12,715 nt of DNA, taken from the IMG/VR virus record IMGVR_UViG_2565956711_000001. One strand, given 5' to 3'. The translations under genes and the position numbers were made by a program. Source of the DNA: a virus (taxonomy: Monodnaviria > Loebvirae > Hofneiviricota > Faserviricetes > Tubulavirales > Inoviridae). The notes beneath the pieces are model-generated. The model made no database searches and had not been told where the DNA came from. It saw only the letters and a list, made by a program, of their open reading frames with translations. Of this stretch, positions 1 to 7,673 are shown one piece after another. Each line of letters starts with the position of its first letter. Within the stretch, counting starts at the first letter, position 1.

Positions 1-297
1 TCACCATTCCTCACGCCTTGCCGGTGAATCAAACTCCTTTTCTACAAAATTTGCAGGGTTTGTATAAGTTGAAAGCGGTGCAGAACTGAGCGAAATCTCC
101 ACCCCTAAAATATTTAACACTTTGTATAGACGCTCAAAACTTGCTTTTGAAGGATTTGACTCAAGGCGAGCATAAGTCTGCTGGGTTATACCCAACATGG
201 CAGATAATTCTCTTTGAGTTAATCCTTTTGATTTACGAAAACCAATTAGAAGTGGACGTAACTGGCTAAGAAGTCTAACGGGAAAAATAGTATCCAT
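1..297 (-). CDS. HipB-like XRE-family helix-turn-helix regulator/antitoxin, 98 aa, complete (stop TGA = revcomp of 1-3)
   Basis: The XRE HTH core (GLTQRELSAMLGITQQTYARLESN) and the C-terminal ...EEW resemble E. coli HipB, which ends ...NLEW. The stop overlaps a possible GTG (GTGA) of a downstream gene lying off-window, as in hipBA. The sequence differs from K-12 HipB and the context does not match the K-12 hipBA-dif arrangement. Confidence 0.6.
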   Translation of the reverse strand: MDTIFPVRLLSQLRPLLIGFRKSKGLTQRELSAMLGITQQTYARLESNPSKASFERLYKVLNILGVEISLSSAPLSTYTNPANFVEKEFDSPARREEW

Positions 298-354
298 AAG
301 TAGGTGGCCATGTCGATTACTTCATAATAAATTCACTCCTCGTAAGAAACAGCC

Positions 355-393
355 TGTAAGGTGTCTTATTACTTTACAGCTTACAAGGTGTAA
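355..393. promoter_or_regulatory. Palindrome-rich putative operator/promoter region upstream of the HipB-like gene
   Basis: CTGTAA-N12-TTACAG (355-378) and the perfect palindrome CTTACA-AGG-TGTAAG (379-393) lie directly 5' of the minus-strand gene that starts at 297. XRE regulators are typically autoregulated through such sites. Confidence 0.3.
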
Positions 394-413
394 GGGTGAA
401 CTCGTTGTATTAA

Positions 414-608
414 CTAATACTGCTCAAATTTTAAAGGTTGCATCTCGCGCTGGCTGGGATTATATTTATTAAGGACTAGCATATAGTGGTGTACGCTGTT
501 ATCCTCTTTGTAATGAGGCTTATCAGTGTGTGAAGGGAGAGGGCGGACTCTGCTTTGCCCTCTCTCTTTCATGGACTTATTTAACTTTAAATGTTTTTTA
601 AAAGTCAT
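414..608 (-). CDS. Small basic ORF (64 aa) whose ATG overlaps the stop of the upstream 186-aa gene (ATGA); doubtful
   Basis: The ATGA overlap at 605-608 suggests translational coupling. The ORF contains a strong hairpin (537-564) and has no recognisable motifs. Confidence 0.15.
   Translation of the reverse strand: MTFKKHLKLNKSMKERGQSRVRPLPSHTDKPHYKEDNSVHHYMLVLNKYNPSQREMQPLKFEQY
537..564. terminator. GC-rich hairpin GAGAGGGC-N12-GCCCTCTC, possible bidirectional terminator
   Basis: An 8-bp perfect stem read directly. On the plus strand it is followed by TCTCTTTC. It lies about 40 bp downstream of the 605..1165 gene on the minus strand, where the tail is less U-rich. Confidence 0.3.
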
Positions 609-1165
609 TGCCTTATTGCAATGGTTTTATTAAAAATCCCAATCAATGTGTTTATTTTTTCATTTATCTTAATTTGCTTTTTCTCTTGCTCGAGAGAAAG
701 TTTTCTGAATTCATTTTCCCTGCTCGGCACGGCAATTATCAACTCTTCATAAATCTCCTTTGCTCCTGATACTTTTTCCAACTCGCTGCTGTATTTTTCG
801 ATAAGAGTTCTTATTTGAATATTTACATTTCTGTATTCATGACTGGTAGCACTTAAAACAAGTTGACTGGAATTTTTTTTGGGTGCCTCAATTAACTCTA
901 CGCTTTTCTTTACGACATTGAATTCAGATGTGACTGAGTATACATATTGATACGCGCCTGATTTTCTGACTTTACTCAATAATCCTTTTCTAACTAAACA
1001 CTGAATTTGGTTATAAGCAAAAGCTTTTGCCTTAAAATAACTTTTCGGAAGTGAAAATCGCTCGATAAGAATTTGAGCCACATCGTTACTGGTGAAGTTA
1101 TCTTTAGCAATATAGATTATTGCGGAAAATATGTACGACTCAGCGTTGGATACTCGACTATTCAT
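605..1165 (-). CDS. Hypothetical protein, 186 aa; N-terminal winged-helix DNA-binding fold (BlaI/CopY/PadR-like) plus C-terminal coiled coil; strongly AT-rich gene
   Basis: The motif ...YNQIQCLVRKGLLSKVRKSGAYQYVYSV... resembles the recognition helix and wing (LVKKGLL...EGRAYVY) of BlaI/MecI/CopY-type repressors. The C-terminal 80 aa are K/E-rich heptad-like. GC is about 30 percent against about 47-50 percent for its neighbours. Confidence 0.55.
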   Translation of the reverse strand: MNSRVSNAESYIFSAIIYIAKDNFTSNDVAQILIERFSLPKSYFKAKAFAYNQIQCLVRKGLLSKVRKSGAYQYVYSVTSEFNVVKKSVELIEAPKKNSSQLVLSATSHEYRNVNIQIRTLIEKYSSELEKVSGAKEIYEELIIAVPSRENEFRKLSLEQEKKQIKINEKINTLIGIFNKTIAIRQ

Positions 1166-1187
1166 ATGACTAAAACAAGGCAGTTAA

Positions 1188-1202
1188 CTTAGGATTGCTA
1201 AG
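1188..1202. promoter_or_regulatory. Operator-like palindrome 1, CTTAG-GATTG-CTAAG
   Basis: A perfect 5-bp inverted repeat with a 5-bp spacer, in the divergent intergenic region between the 605..1165 (-) and 1263..1595 (+) genes. Confidence 0.4.
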
Positions 1203-1221
1203 TATACAACAATGGCAGATA

Positions 1222-1236
1222 CTTAGACAATCTAAG
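1222..1236. promoter_or_regulatory. Operator-like palindrome 2, CTTAG-ACAAT-CTAAG
   Basis: A second copy of the same CTTAG-N5-CTAAG motif, 34 bp centre-to-centre from the first. This is a typical tandem-operator layout for a dimeric HTH repressor. Confidence 0.4.
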
Positions 1237-1262
1237 CATTCGAGGCCAATGAAGATGAATCA

Positions 1263-1595
1263 GTGTCTGAAAAAAATCCGATACCAGAAAGACTTAAGGA
1301 AGCGAGAAGCAGGGCGGGTTTATCACAGCGCTCATTGGGCCTCCTTGTTGGGTTTGATCCCGCTTCGGCTAGCAGTCGTATGAATCATTATGAGAAAGGG
1401 CGCCATGTCCCCGATATTGATACGCTTCGACGGATGGCGGCAGAGTTAAACGTGCCGTTGAACTACTTTTTTTGTGATGATCAGACCACAGCTGAACTTG
1501 CATTACTCATATCCCGGATGACAGAGGAAGAGCGAAGTAATCTTATCGAAGCACTCAAAAGGCATCCAGGCGAAAAGCATGCTGACAAAAAATGA
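1263..1595 (+). CDS. XRE/Cro-CI-family HTH transcriptional regulator, 110 aa (GTG start)
   Basis: LKEARSRAGLSQRSLGLLVGF...MNHYEKGRHVPDIDTLRRMAAELNVPLNYFF is a canonical XRE HTH followed by a short C-terminal extension. It is divergent from the wHTH gene, with the twin operators in between. Confidence 0.7.
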   Translation: MSEKNPIPERLKEARSRAGLSQRSLGLLVGFDPASASSRMNHYEKGRHVPDIDTLRRMAAELNVPLNYFFCDDQTTAELALLISRMTEEERSNLIEALKRHPGEKHADKK

Positions 1596-1756
1596 TATTA
1601 CATATAAAGCGACTGAACTTTTTGAAGGTAACGAAAGTGTAGCATTACACTGATGCAATGAACCAAGCAGGACATTACAGTGGGAGACGCCCTCTCAGAT
1701 AACAAACTCAAAAGAGGGAGCCATAAATATATGTTTATCAATACAACCAGCATTCT

Positions 1757-1780
1757 GCCGACAACCGGGAAGCTGTCGGC
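1757..1780. terminator. Hairpin GCCGACA-N10-TGTCGGC, weak candidate terminator downstream of the recombinase operon
   Basis: A 7-bp perfect stem 20 bp beyond the stop of the 1800..2234 gene on the minus strand. The downstream tail is only moderately U-rich. Confidence 0.25.
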
Positions 1781-1799
1781 TAAATCTTCCATGTCAGAA

Positions 1800-2234
1800 T
1801 TATGACGACTTATGTAGTTCCCGAATCATATGGTTGGCCAACAGGCTTTCCACCGGTATAACCGAATTGATTTTTACCGCTTTGACAATTTCTATCAACG
1901 AAAGGGTATTTTGCGCTAATTGGTCTCGCAATTCACTTACTTCAGCCTGCAACTGCTGGTTTCTGGCCAGTAAAGCCTGACGGGTTTTGCGGTTGACGTA
2001 TTGCTGTTTTTCTTTTGGGCGTAGATTCAATGGGCCAAGTTGCTGGTCAACATAGGCAGCAATTAGGCGTTTACGCTCTAGGCTGCTCAGCGTACTTAAA
2101 CCACCGTTAACGATACCTTTTGCCTTGAGCCTAATATGCAGGGCCTTGGCGGAAATAGGGGACTTGTCAAAGCCTTCAACCAGCATCAGTTGTAATTCGT
2201 GCTCAATCAGTGTGTTCAGTTCCTTGCCGCGCAT
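1800..2234 (-). CDS. Small accessory protein (144 aa from ATG 2234..2232; 145 aa if TTG 2237..2235), last gene of the recombinase operon; possible HTH plus coiled coil (TnpC/excisionase-like role?)
   Basis: Its ATG shares the A of the TGA stop of the 788-aa gene (TGATG), indicating translational coupling. The protein has Q/L/E-rich heptads (ARNQQLQAEVSELRDQLAQN) and no catalytic motifs. Confidence 0.6.
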   Translation of the reverse strand: MRGKELNTLIEHELQLMLVEGFDKSPISAKALHIRLKAKGIVNGGLSTLSSLERKRLIAAYVDQQLGPLNLRPKEKQQYVNRKTRQALLARNQQLQAEVSELRDQLAQNTLSLIEIVKAVKINSVIPVESLLANHMIRELHKSS

Positions 2235-4600
2235 CAATCATTCTCCTGCATCAATTGTTGGTATTCAAGTGCAAAAAGCTGGGCCAGTGTACGGACTTTG
2301 CCCTCGGTGATTACTCCACCAGACAACACACTCTCAGCAGCAACCAGTTGTTGAGTCTTGGCACGACGATGCCATTGTGCTTGTATTGCCTCGAGTTGCT
2401 GTAACCGTCGTTCGATGTCGGCCAGTCTGGTCTGGTAATCAGGCTGATGTTGAGTAAGTTGGGTCAACTTCGAATGTGCTTGCTGTAAAGCCTGTTTTTT
2501 GGCAATCAGATTTGGTAGCTCATCTATCCGGCCTGTCAGCGTGAAATGTTCACAAAAGGCAGCACTCTGGCATTTCAGTCGATAAGGACATCCCCAGAGG
2601 TTAACTTCCCGCATACAGGAGCCAAATTTCAGCGGATACAGCACGGCATGTCTTGCCACCATGTCAGAGGCTTGCTCTGGTCCTTCTGCGTCGCGGATTT
2701 CTTCAAAGGCGGCAGCAACATCTTCAAAGAGGCCGTTAGCAAATGACGCCTCGACAAACCTGGCTACATCATCCCGATCGTCAAAAGTATGCAGGTTGGC
2801 TTTGATGGTATTGTCCAAAGTCATGTGTTCCGTGACCGCCAGTTGGCCGGTCCGTTTGACGATATCCAGTGGCGTAGCAATGGAGGACGAAGAGGGCGAG
2901 ACAGTTAGTGCTGTCGAAATCGGCTGCAAGGGCACCAACGAGGCGGCTTTTCGCCGTTCTGCAAGCGCCAGATGTTGATAATGCTGATTCTGCGTGATGT
3001 CCACTCGACCCATCAACATTGCCTGTAAGTGGTCAGAGATATCCGCAATAGCAAGAAAGGTATTGATGTTGTGCCGGGGAATGTGGGTACGCATCCGCGT
3101 CGAGGTGCCATCCTCCTCCAGTAATTGATATTTGCTGAATACTGATCCATCAGGCTCAACGTTGCCTAAGAATTTATTCATAAGTGTGTTAGTGAAGGGT
3201 ATCGGTGTAGCCAGCAAAGCCAGTGTGCGCTTTAATGCCAGCGAACCCTTCTCGTGTAGAAATAGCAGATCCTCGTAGTTAACTTGGTAGCGTTTGCCAT
3301 TTTCCATCCAGGCGTGTGTACAGGGTTCGTTGGCATTCGCCAGACCAAATTCGGTCTTAATGTAATGATTGAGAGCAGTCTTGGAATAATAGATAGATTT
3401 GCTGTTTTTCGGGCCTGGTATTTCTTGAACGGGCAGCACACCTCTTTTGCTAAGGGCTTTGGATGTTTTGTCCCGTTGTCCTGCCCGGCCCCGAAAACTT
3501 GAGGTAGTTTGGGTGATGTACTTCACCACATCGTCCAGTTCGACTCGTTCACCGGGCATGTTGCTGATGGCCTGTGGCAGGTAATCAGCAAAAGATTTTG
3601 CCCGTAGATAGGTAAGATGGCTGCGTATTGGTGCGGTCAACATTTTAACGGTACTGAATATACTCTCGACCAGCGGTACTGCCAGCGGTTCTACCCAATG
3701 CGTTCGCTCCCCAGCACCTTTGACACCAACATAACGGATACCAAGAAAATAATCGGGTAATCCCTTGTCCTGAAATCGTTTGCAGATTGCCGGATCATCA
3801 ATCTGGCGTTTAAACAGGGCATCCTGTCTGAGATTAAACGCTTCAATGGAGCGAAAGCCGGTAATAACCAATAACAACAGGCAATTTAACGCGATTTTCT
3901 CAGCATCACTTTCCACCCGCTGGATTAATGCAACTATGTTCAGAAATCCGCGAATGGTAATCAACGCATCTTCACCATCGGTAGTGGTATCAGACAGCTT
4001 GGCCTGCTGTTTCAGCGCCATGGTTTCCCGGGCTTTGCGGGTCAAGTTGGTTTTGTTGGTATACTTCACATCAGAGTTGTATTGCAGTTTAACCAACGTA
4101 AATGTGAAGTGATTGACCAATTTTTGAAGGCTAACGCACCGCCCTTTATAGTTAGCTGTATTGGGGTCACTAGGAGATGAAACGCTACTGAGAAGATCCA
4201 TCGCTCGTTGAATGACAACTGTGCTCAGGTAAGATGGATGGGTCTGTCCTGTCTCATAAAGCATCGCATGGTACCATCGTTTCAGAATCATCAAAGTTGC
4301 CTTTGCCACCGCTGGCGACATACTCCTATTTCCCTGTCGGTAAACCACTACCAGCATAGCTTTCATGAACTGACTATATTCTTTGTCGATGGGCAGATGT
4401 TCTACAATACCTTTGAATCTGTTCATCTCATCAAAACGTAATGTATTTCTGCCGTTCCCTCGCAACCATCCACTTCCCTGGTTACCACTTACCCAGATAT
4501 GATCATTCCATGTTTGGGCAAAATCAGCAGACAGGTGCTGTTCGAACCATTTTTTTTGCTCTTCAATAAAAGCCTGAAAATGCTCAAAGTGATTTTTCAT
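2234..4600 (-). CDS. Large tyrosine recombinase (788 aa), third gene of a recombinase trio; C-terminal Cys cluster and long coiled-coil tail
   Basis: Catalytic signatures are present: box I Arg (LVITGFRSIEAF), HxxR (HIPRHNINTFLA) and the C-terminal LMGRVDITQNQHYQH with the tyrosine nucleophile. A Cys cluster follows (SCMREVNLWGCPYRLKCQSAAFCEHF), then Q/L-rich coiled coil. An AGGTGA Shine-Dalgarno sits 6 nt upstream of the ATG at 4600. Confidence 0.8.
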   Translation of the reverse strand: MKNHFEHFQAFIEEQKKWFEQHLSADFAQTWNDHIWVSGNQGSGWLRGNGRNTLRFDEMNRFKGIVEHLPIDKEYSQFMKAMLVVVYRQGNRSMSPAVAKATLMILKRWYHAMLYETGQTHPSYLSTVVIQRAMDLLSSVSSPSDPNTANYKGRCVSLQKLVNHFTFTLVKLQYNSDVKYTNKTNLTRKARETMALKQQAKLSDTTTDGEDALITIRGFLNIVALIQRVESDAEKIALNCLLLLVITGFRSIEAFNLRQDALFKRQIDDPAICKRFQDKGLPDYFLGIRYVGVKGAGERTHWVEPLAVPLVESIFSTVKMLTAPIRSHLTYLRAKSFADYLPQAISNMPGERVELDDVVKYITQTTSSFRGRAGQRDKTSKALSKRGVLPVQEIPGPKNSKSIYYSKTALNHYIKTEFGLANANEPCTHAWMENGKRYQVNYEDLLFLHEKGSLALKRTLALLATPIPFTNTLMNKFLGNVEPDGSVFSKYQLLEEDGTSTRMRTHIPRHNINTFLAIADISDHLQAMLMGRVDITQNQHYQHLALAERRKAASLVPLQPISTALTVSPSSSSIATPLDIVKRTGQLAVTEHMTLDNTIKANLHTFDDRDDVARFVEASFANGLFEDVAAAFEEIRDAEGPEQASDMVARHAVLYPLKFGSCMREVNLWGCPYRLKCQSAAFCEHFTLTGRIDELPNLIAKKQALQQAHSKLTQLTQHQPDYQTRLADIERRLQQLEAIQAQWHRRAKTQQLVAAESVLSGGVITEGKVRTLAQLFALEYQQLMQEND

Positions 4601-6149
4601 TGGACTTCACCTGTTCCTGATGAAAACGGCAGCGGGCGATAACAGACTCAATTTCAAACTGTGTGGTTTCATGGATTAAAATGAGCGGATTTCGGGAATT
4701 ACCTACACCGTCTGAAATAGCGATTAGTTCATCGACTTCTTTTTTGACGCATTCAAGTAGAGCCTGATGTTCACCATCCGTAAAAGGGCGATAATACAGA
4801 CAGCCGTAACAAGAACGCACTTCGCTGAAAGGGCATGTACTACTGTTCCTGGAGCAACCACCAATTTTATCATGCAACTCGTCACCAACGAGTCCCACCA
4901 CTGGATGGCCTTTCCAATGTGCTGAGTCGACCAGTTCCCCAGTGAGCATCATAGCCACCATATTTTGCCAAACGGGATTCGACCCAAGCGCTTTAGCACG
5001 GATCAAGGCCAACGCGGGAGTTGCCATAATGTAGTATTTAGCTACGGCAAGAGAGGTGTGCCCCAGTACATGTGCTATCTCTTCAGCGCTAGCACCTTGC
5101 ATCGCCAAAGAGTGCCCAACATTGTGGCGTAAATCAGTGGGTGTAATTGTGGGCAATGCAGCTTCGCCACATGCTACGGCGGCTTGATATTCAGGAGGAC
5201 AGAAATTTAGGATTGCCTGATTAATTGCCTGAGACACATAATGCGGAGCTGAAACGCTGAAATCGAATAGTTTATCTTCGGGGTTTTTCTTATATCTCAC
5301 GGTATAGTTCATAATTAACTCCCCAATTTCTGGGGGGATCGCCAGAAATAACCGCTCTGTCGTCACTCGTCTTTGTTTAGCATATGGTAAAAAAACACTG
5401 TATCGAATCAGACCAGATTCCTGATTTCGTGTATCGATACGAACATCTTTGACCGCCAGCCTAGCGAGTTGTACTGGGCGTGCACCCGTTACATAAGCCA
5501 ACCCAAGGATAGCTGCATTGCGCACTTCGCTGTGACTGAAACTTTTGCCATCGCGTAACAACGAAGCCATTTCAAACAGTCCATTGCAAATCATGTTTTT
5601 TTCAAGAGGGTCAAGAATATTATCGATTTCTTGGTAACCCCCCCAATGTTCGAGATACGGTCGAGGGACGAACTCAAGATCATCGTAATCTTCAAGATTG
5701 AAACCTGGGAATGTTTCAGCACAAAGTATTTTTAATCCGAATAACACGGAATAAAAAGTAGCATTATCAATATCCTCTTTTTCGATAAATAATCGGAGCG
5801 TACTAAGCGAAAACCCACCATGTTCTCGACAATATGAAATGATATTCCTCCAATCAAGGTGCAACGCTGGAAGTTTGGTTGGAAATCTCGTCGATGCATA
5901 TTTGAAACAGATATACTTGTTTAATTTATTTGAGATATAATCTTGATTGAAAACAAGATATCGCCGACTGCCTGAATAATCGAAAGTCCATTTATTTCCT
6001 TTGTTAACAATATATTTATCATCAAACTCCATTGCCGTTTTTAGATAAATTCGATCAGGAATATCGAGTTCAAAGATAGCCTTAGCTAAATCAGGAGGGT
6101 AAACTGAGTTCCCTTCGTCAGATTTTAATGCATTATCAAATGATGTCAT
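4584..6149 (-). CDS. Tyrosine recombinase (521 aa), second gene of the trio, with C-terminal Cys-rich extension
   Basis: VTGARPVQL (box I Arg), DLRHNVGHSLA (LRH motif) and VLGHTSLAVAKYYI (LGH...Y) are XerC-like catalytic motifs. The motif CSRNSSTCPFSEVRSCYGC follows the catalytic Tyr. The gene overlaps both neighbours (14 and 17 nt). Confidence 0.8.
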   Translation of the reverse strand: MTSFDNALKSDEGNSVYPPDLAKAIFELDIPDRIYLKTAMEFDDKYIVNKGNKWTFDYSGSRRYLVFNQDYISNKLNKYICFKYASTRFPTKLPALHLDWRNIISYCREHGGFSLSTLRLFIEKEDIDNATFYSVLFGLKILCAETFPGFNLEDYDDLEFVPRPYLEHWGGYQEIDNILDPLEKNMICNGLFEMASLLRDGKSFSHSEVRNAAILGLAYVTGARPVQLARLAVKDVRIDTRNQESGLIRYSVFLPYAKQRRVTTERLFLAIPPEIGELIMNYTVRYKKNPEDKLFDFSVSAPHYVSQAINQAILNFCPPEYQAAVACGEAALPTITPTDLRHNVGHSLAMQGASAEEIAHVLGHTSLAVAKYYIMATPALALIRAKALGSNPVWQNMVAMMLTGELVDSAHWKGHPVVGLVGDELHDKIGGCSRNSSTCPFSEVRSCYGCLYYRPFTDGEHQALLECVKKEVDELIAISDGVGNSRNPLILIHETTQFEIESVIARCRFHQEQVKSNEKSL

Positions 6150-7530
6150 CGTTATATCTATCCATTATAGTATCTAACGTATTATGTAGCGCTGCATTGT
6201 CTTGAATAATTCGTTGGACATTGGCAGCATTAGCCTGCTCAGACAGGAAACGTTTTGCATATAGATCAGGCATTTGACTTGTCGGACTCCATCCCCCCAT
6301 CAGTCGTAGTTCATCTTTAGCTTCTTCCATTATCCCTGAGAGGGAAGGGACTTCAGCAATAAAGTGTGTTTTATTTTGCTGGCTTTTCAAATATTTTAAA
6401 TGCCATATTTTTTGCAATGTCAAAAAGGCCCAAGTATGTCGGGTTGTATGCGGAGTCAATCGTTGCAACGAGTCAGAGTACAACGGTGATTTGTACTCTG
6501 GATATTGGTTAGTGAAGACCTGATCTATTTTCGAAAAAATAGAATGAACTGATGTGTAGGACAAAGGCTTCGCTGACTGTTGACTCGATGTAAAGATGAA
6601 ATCGTGTTTATCAGTTTTTGGTCGAAGCTTTGCTATATAAATGCTTAAAAAAATATAATCCTGCTTATCGAGCTCCAACACACGATTAGCCCATGCATTT
6701 TTGAGAGATGGCGCATTCTTTCTTGGTTCGTATGCCTCGTCGACAGTTGTCACAATCAAACTAAACTTATCACCTTTTAAATTAGGTTTAATTGAGCTGC
6801 ACTCTAACAACAATAGCTCACCTGTTCGTAAACCATAATTTAACAACAGACGAATAATCAAAAAATTGCGGAACTGAAGATGCCCGGAAGGGAAAGGATT
6901 TAGCGGGTTATGCTTTTGGGCAGAAGAGGGGGTTATTATTCCATACAGGCTGAGCACCATTGCCCCAGACAAACTCTGAAATCCTTGGCTGCTGTGACTA
7001 TGTTGCGAAAATTTGTTTGATGTAAGCGTTCGATAATTCTCCCGGCAAAGCTGTAAACGGGTGTGTAAACGCGAAGCCAAAAGTGATAATGCTTTGGGAG
7101 AGTCATCCCGGTATGCAGGTGATATGTAGGTGTTAATCAAAAAAGAAATGAAATGGATCACAGCACGAACTCTAACTGTATGAGTTAAGCTATTGGCTTT
7201 TGTGACTCTCGTTAAAGACAACACATTTGACTGGACGTTGTGGCCATTTTCTAGATACATCCAAAATGCGGGCATTTCACCGACAGCAATGTCTGGATTG
7301 TGGTCAGATGAATAGAAGCTGTAGCAAAACGAGACACCATACTTTTGCCTCCAGAATTCGTAAAAAAACTTCACAGATTGAAGTGAAGCTGACTGTGTGG
7401 ACAATGAGCGGAAAGCCAAATGGTCAATATGGTACCTAAGGGGATACAGCAACGGCAGAGAGGTTTCCAAGTCCATCAGGATCCATCGCCTTTTACGGCC
7501 TGAGATAACCAACTGCTTTAGTGAATACAC
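6136..7530 (-). CDS. Tyrosine recombinase (464 aa, GTG start), first gene of the trio (TnpA/RitA-like position)
   Basis: NYGLRTGELLLLE (box I), TPHTTRHTWA (HxxR) and LMGGWSPTSQMPDLYAKRF (Trp in place of the second His, as in Cre, then Tyr). A GAGG Shine-Dalgarno sits 8 nt upstream of GTG 7530..7528, and a GATAAT -10-like hexamer lies at 7546..7551 (minus). Confidence 0.8.
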   Translation of the reverse strand: MYSLKQLVISGRKRRWILMDLETSLPLLYPLRYHIDHLAFRSLSTQSASLQSVKFFYEFWRQKYGVSFCYSFYSSDHNPDIAVGEMPAFWMYLENGHNVQSNVLSLTRVTKANSLTHTVRVRAVIHFISFLINTYISPAYRDDSPKALSLLASRLHTRLQLCRENYRTLTSNKFSQHSHSSQGFQSLSGAMVLSLYGIITPSSAQKHNPLNPFPSGHLQFRNFLIIRLLLNYGLRTGELLLLECSSIKPNLKGDKFSLIVTTVDEAYEPRKNAPSLKNAWANRVLELDKQDYIFLSIYIAKLRPKTDKHDFIFTSSQQSAKPLSYTSVHSIFSKIDQVFTNQYPEYKSPLYSDSLQRLTPHTTRHTWAFLTLQKIWHLKYLKSQQNKTHFIAEVPSLSGIMEEAKDELRLMGGWSPTSQMPDLYAKRFLSEQANAANVQRIIQDNAALHNTLDTIMDRYNDDII

Positions 7531-7673
7531 AATATTTACCTCAAAATTATCATGGATATGAAGAGAATGTACTCTGTACCTAATGCAAGAAACGAGAGGG
7601 AGATCAGAAATCCTAACGTATTGATTTATCAGTTAGTGGGAGTGTCATATGAACTTATTTACCACAGTAGGTG

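Larger units (their letters stand above)
1800..7530 (-). mobile_element. Candidate integrative/transposable module: three tandem tyrosine recombinases plus small accessory gene (Tn554/RIT-like architecture, distinct sizes); true element boundaries unknown
   Basis: Four overlapping, translationally coupled minus-strand genes. Three carry independent tyrosine-recombinase catalytic motifs. The operon starts 144 bp from dif. Confidence 0.45.

Noticed and set aside
1-297. Interpreting the HipB-like gene as the chromosomal hipB that neighbours dif in E. coli K-12
   Set aside because: Orientation and order do not fit the K-12 arrangement (dif lies just 3' of hipA). The protein sequence also differs clearly from K-12 HipB, so it is more likely a paralogous or element-borne module.
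1195-1383. 62-aa plus-strand ORF starting inside the operator region
   Set aside because: It is an out-of-frame overlap of the 5' end of the XRE regulator gene, and its start sits on operator palindrome 1. The XRE frame has the recognisable HTH.
1598-1792. 64-aa minus-strand ORF between the XRE gene and the recombinase operon
   Set aside because: It is hydrophobic and low-complexity, spans the candidate terminator hairpin, and has no coupling or RBS. It is probably spurious.
2125-4441. Multiple plus-strand ORFs (61-110 aa) antisense to the 788-aa recombinase gene
   Set aside because: They are antisense shadows inside a gene with clear catalytic motifs. None has an independent signal.
1800-7530. 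Calling the trio a canonical RIT element or canonical Tn554
   Set aside because: RIT recombinases total about 3 kb and Tn554 TnpC is not a recombinase. Here all three large proteins are recombinases totalling about 5.3 kb plus a fourth gene. That gives an architectural resemblance only, and no terminal inverted repeats were found.
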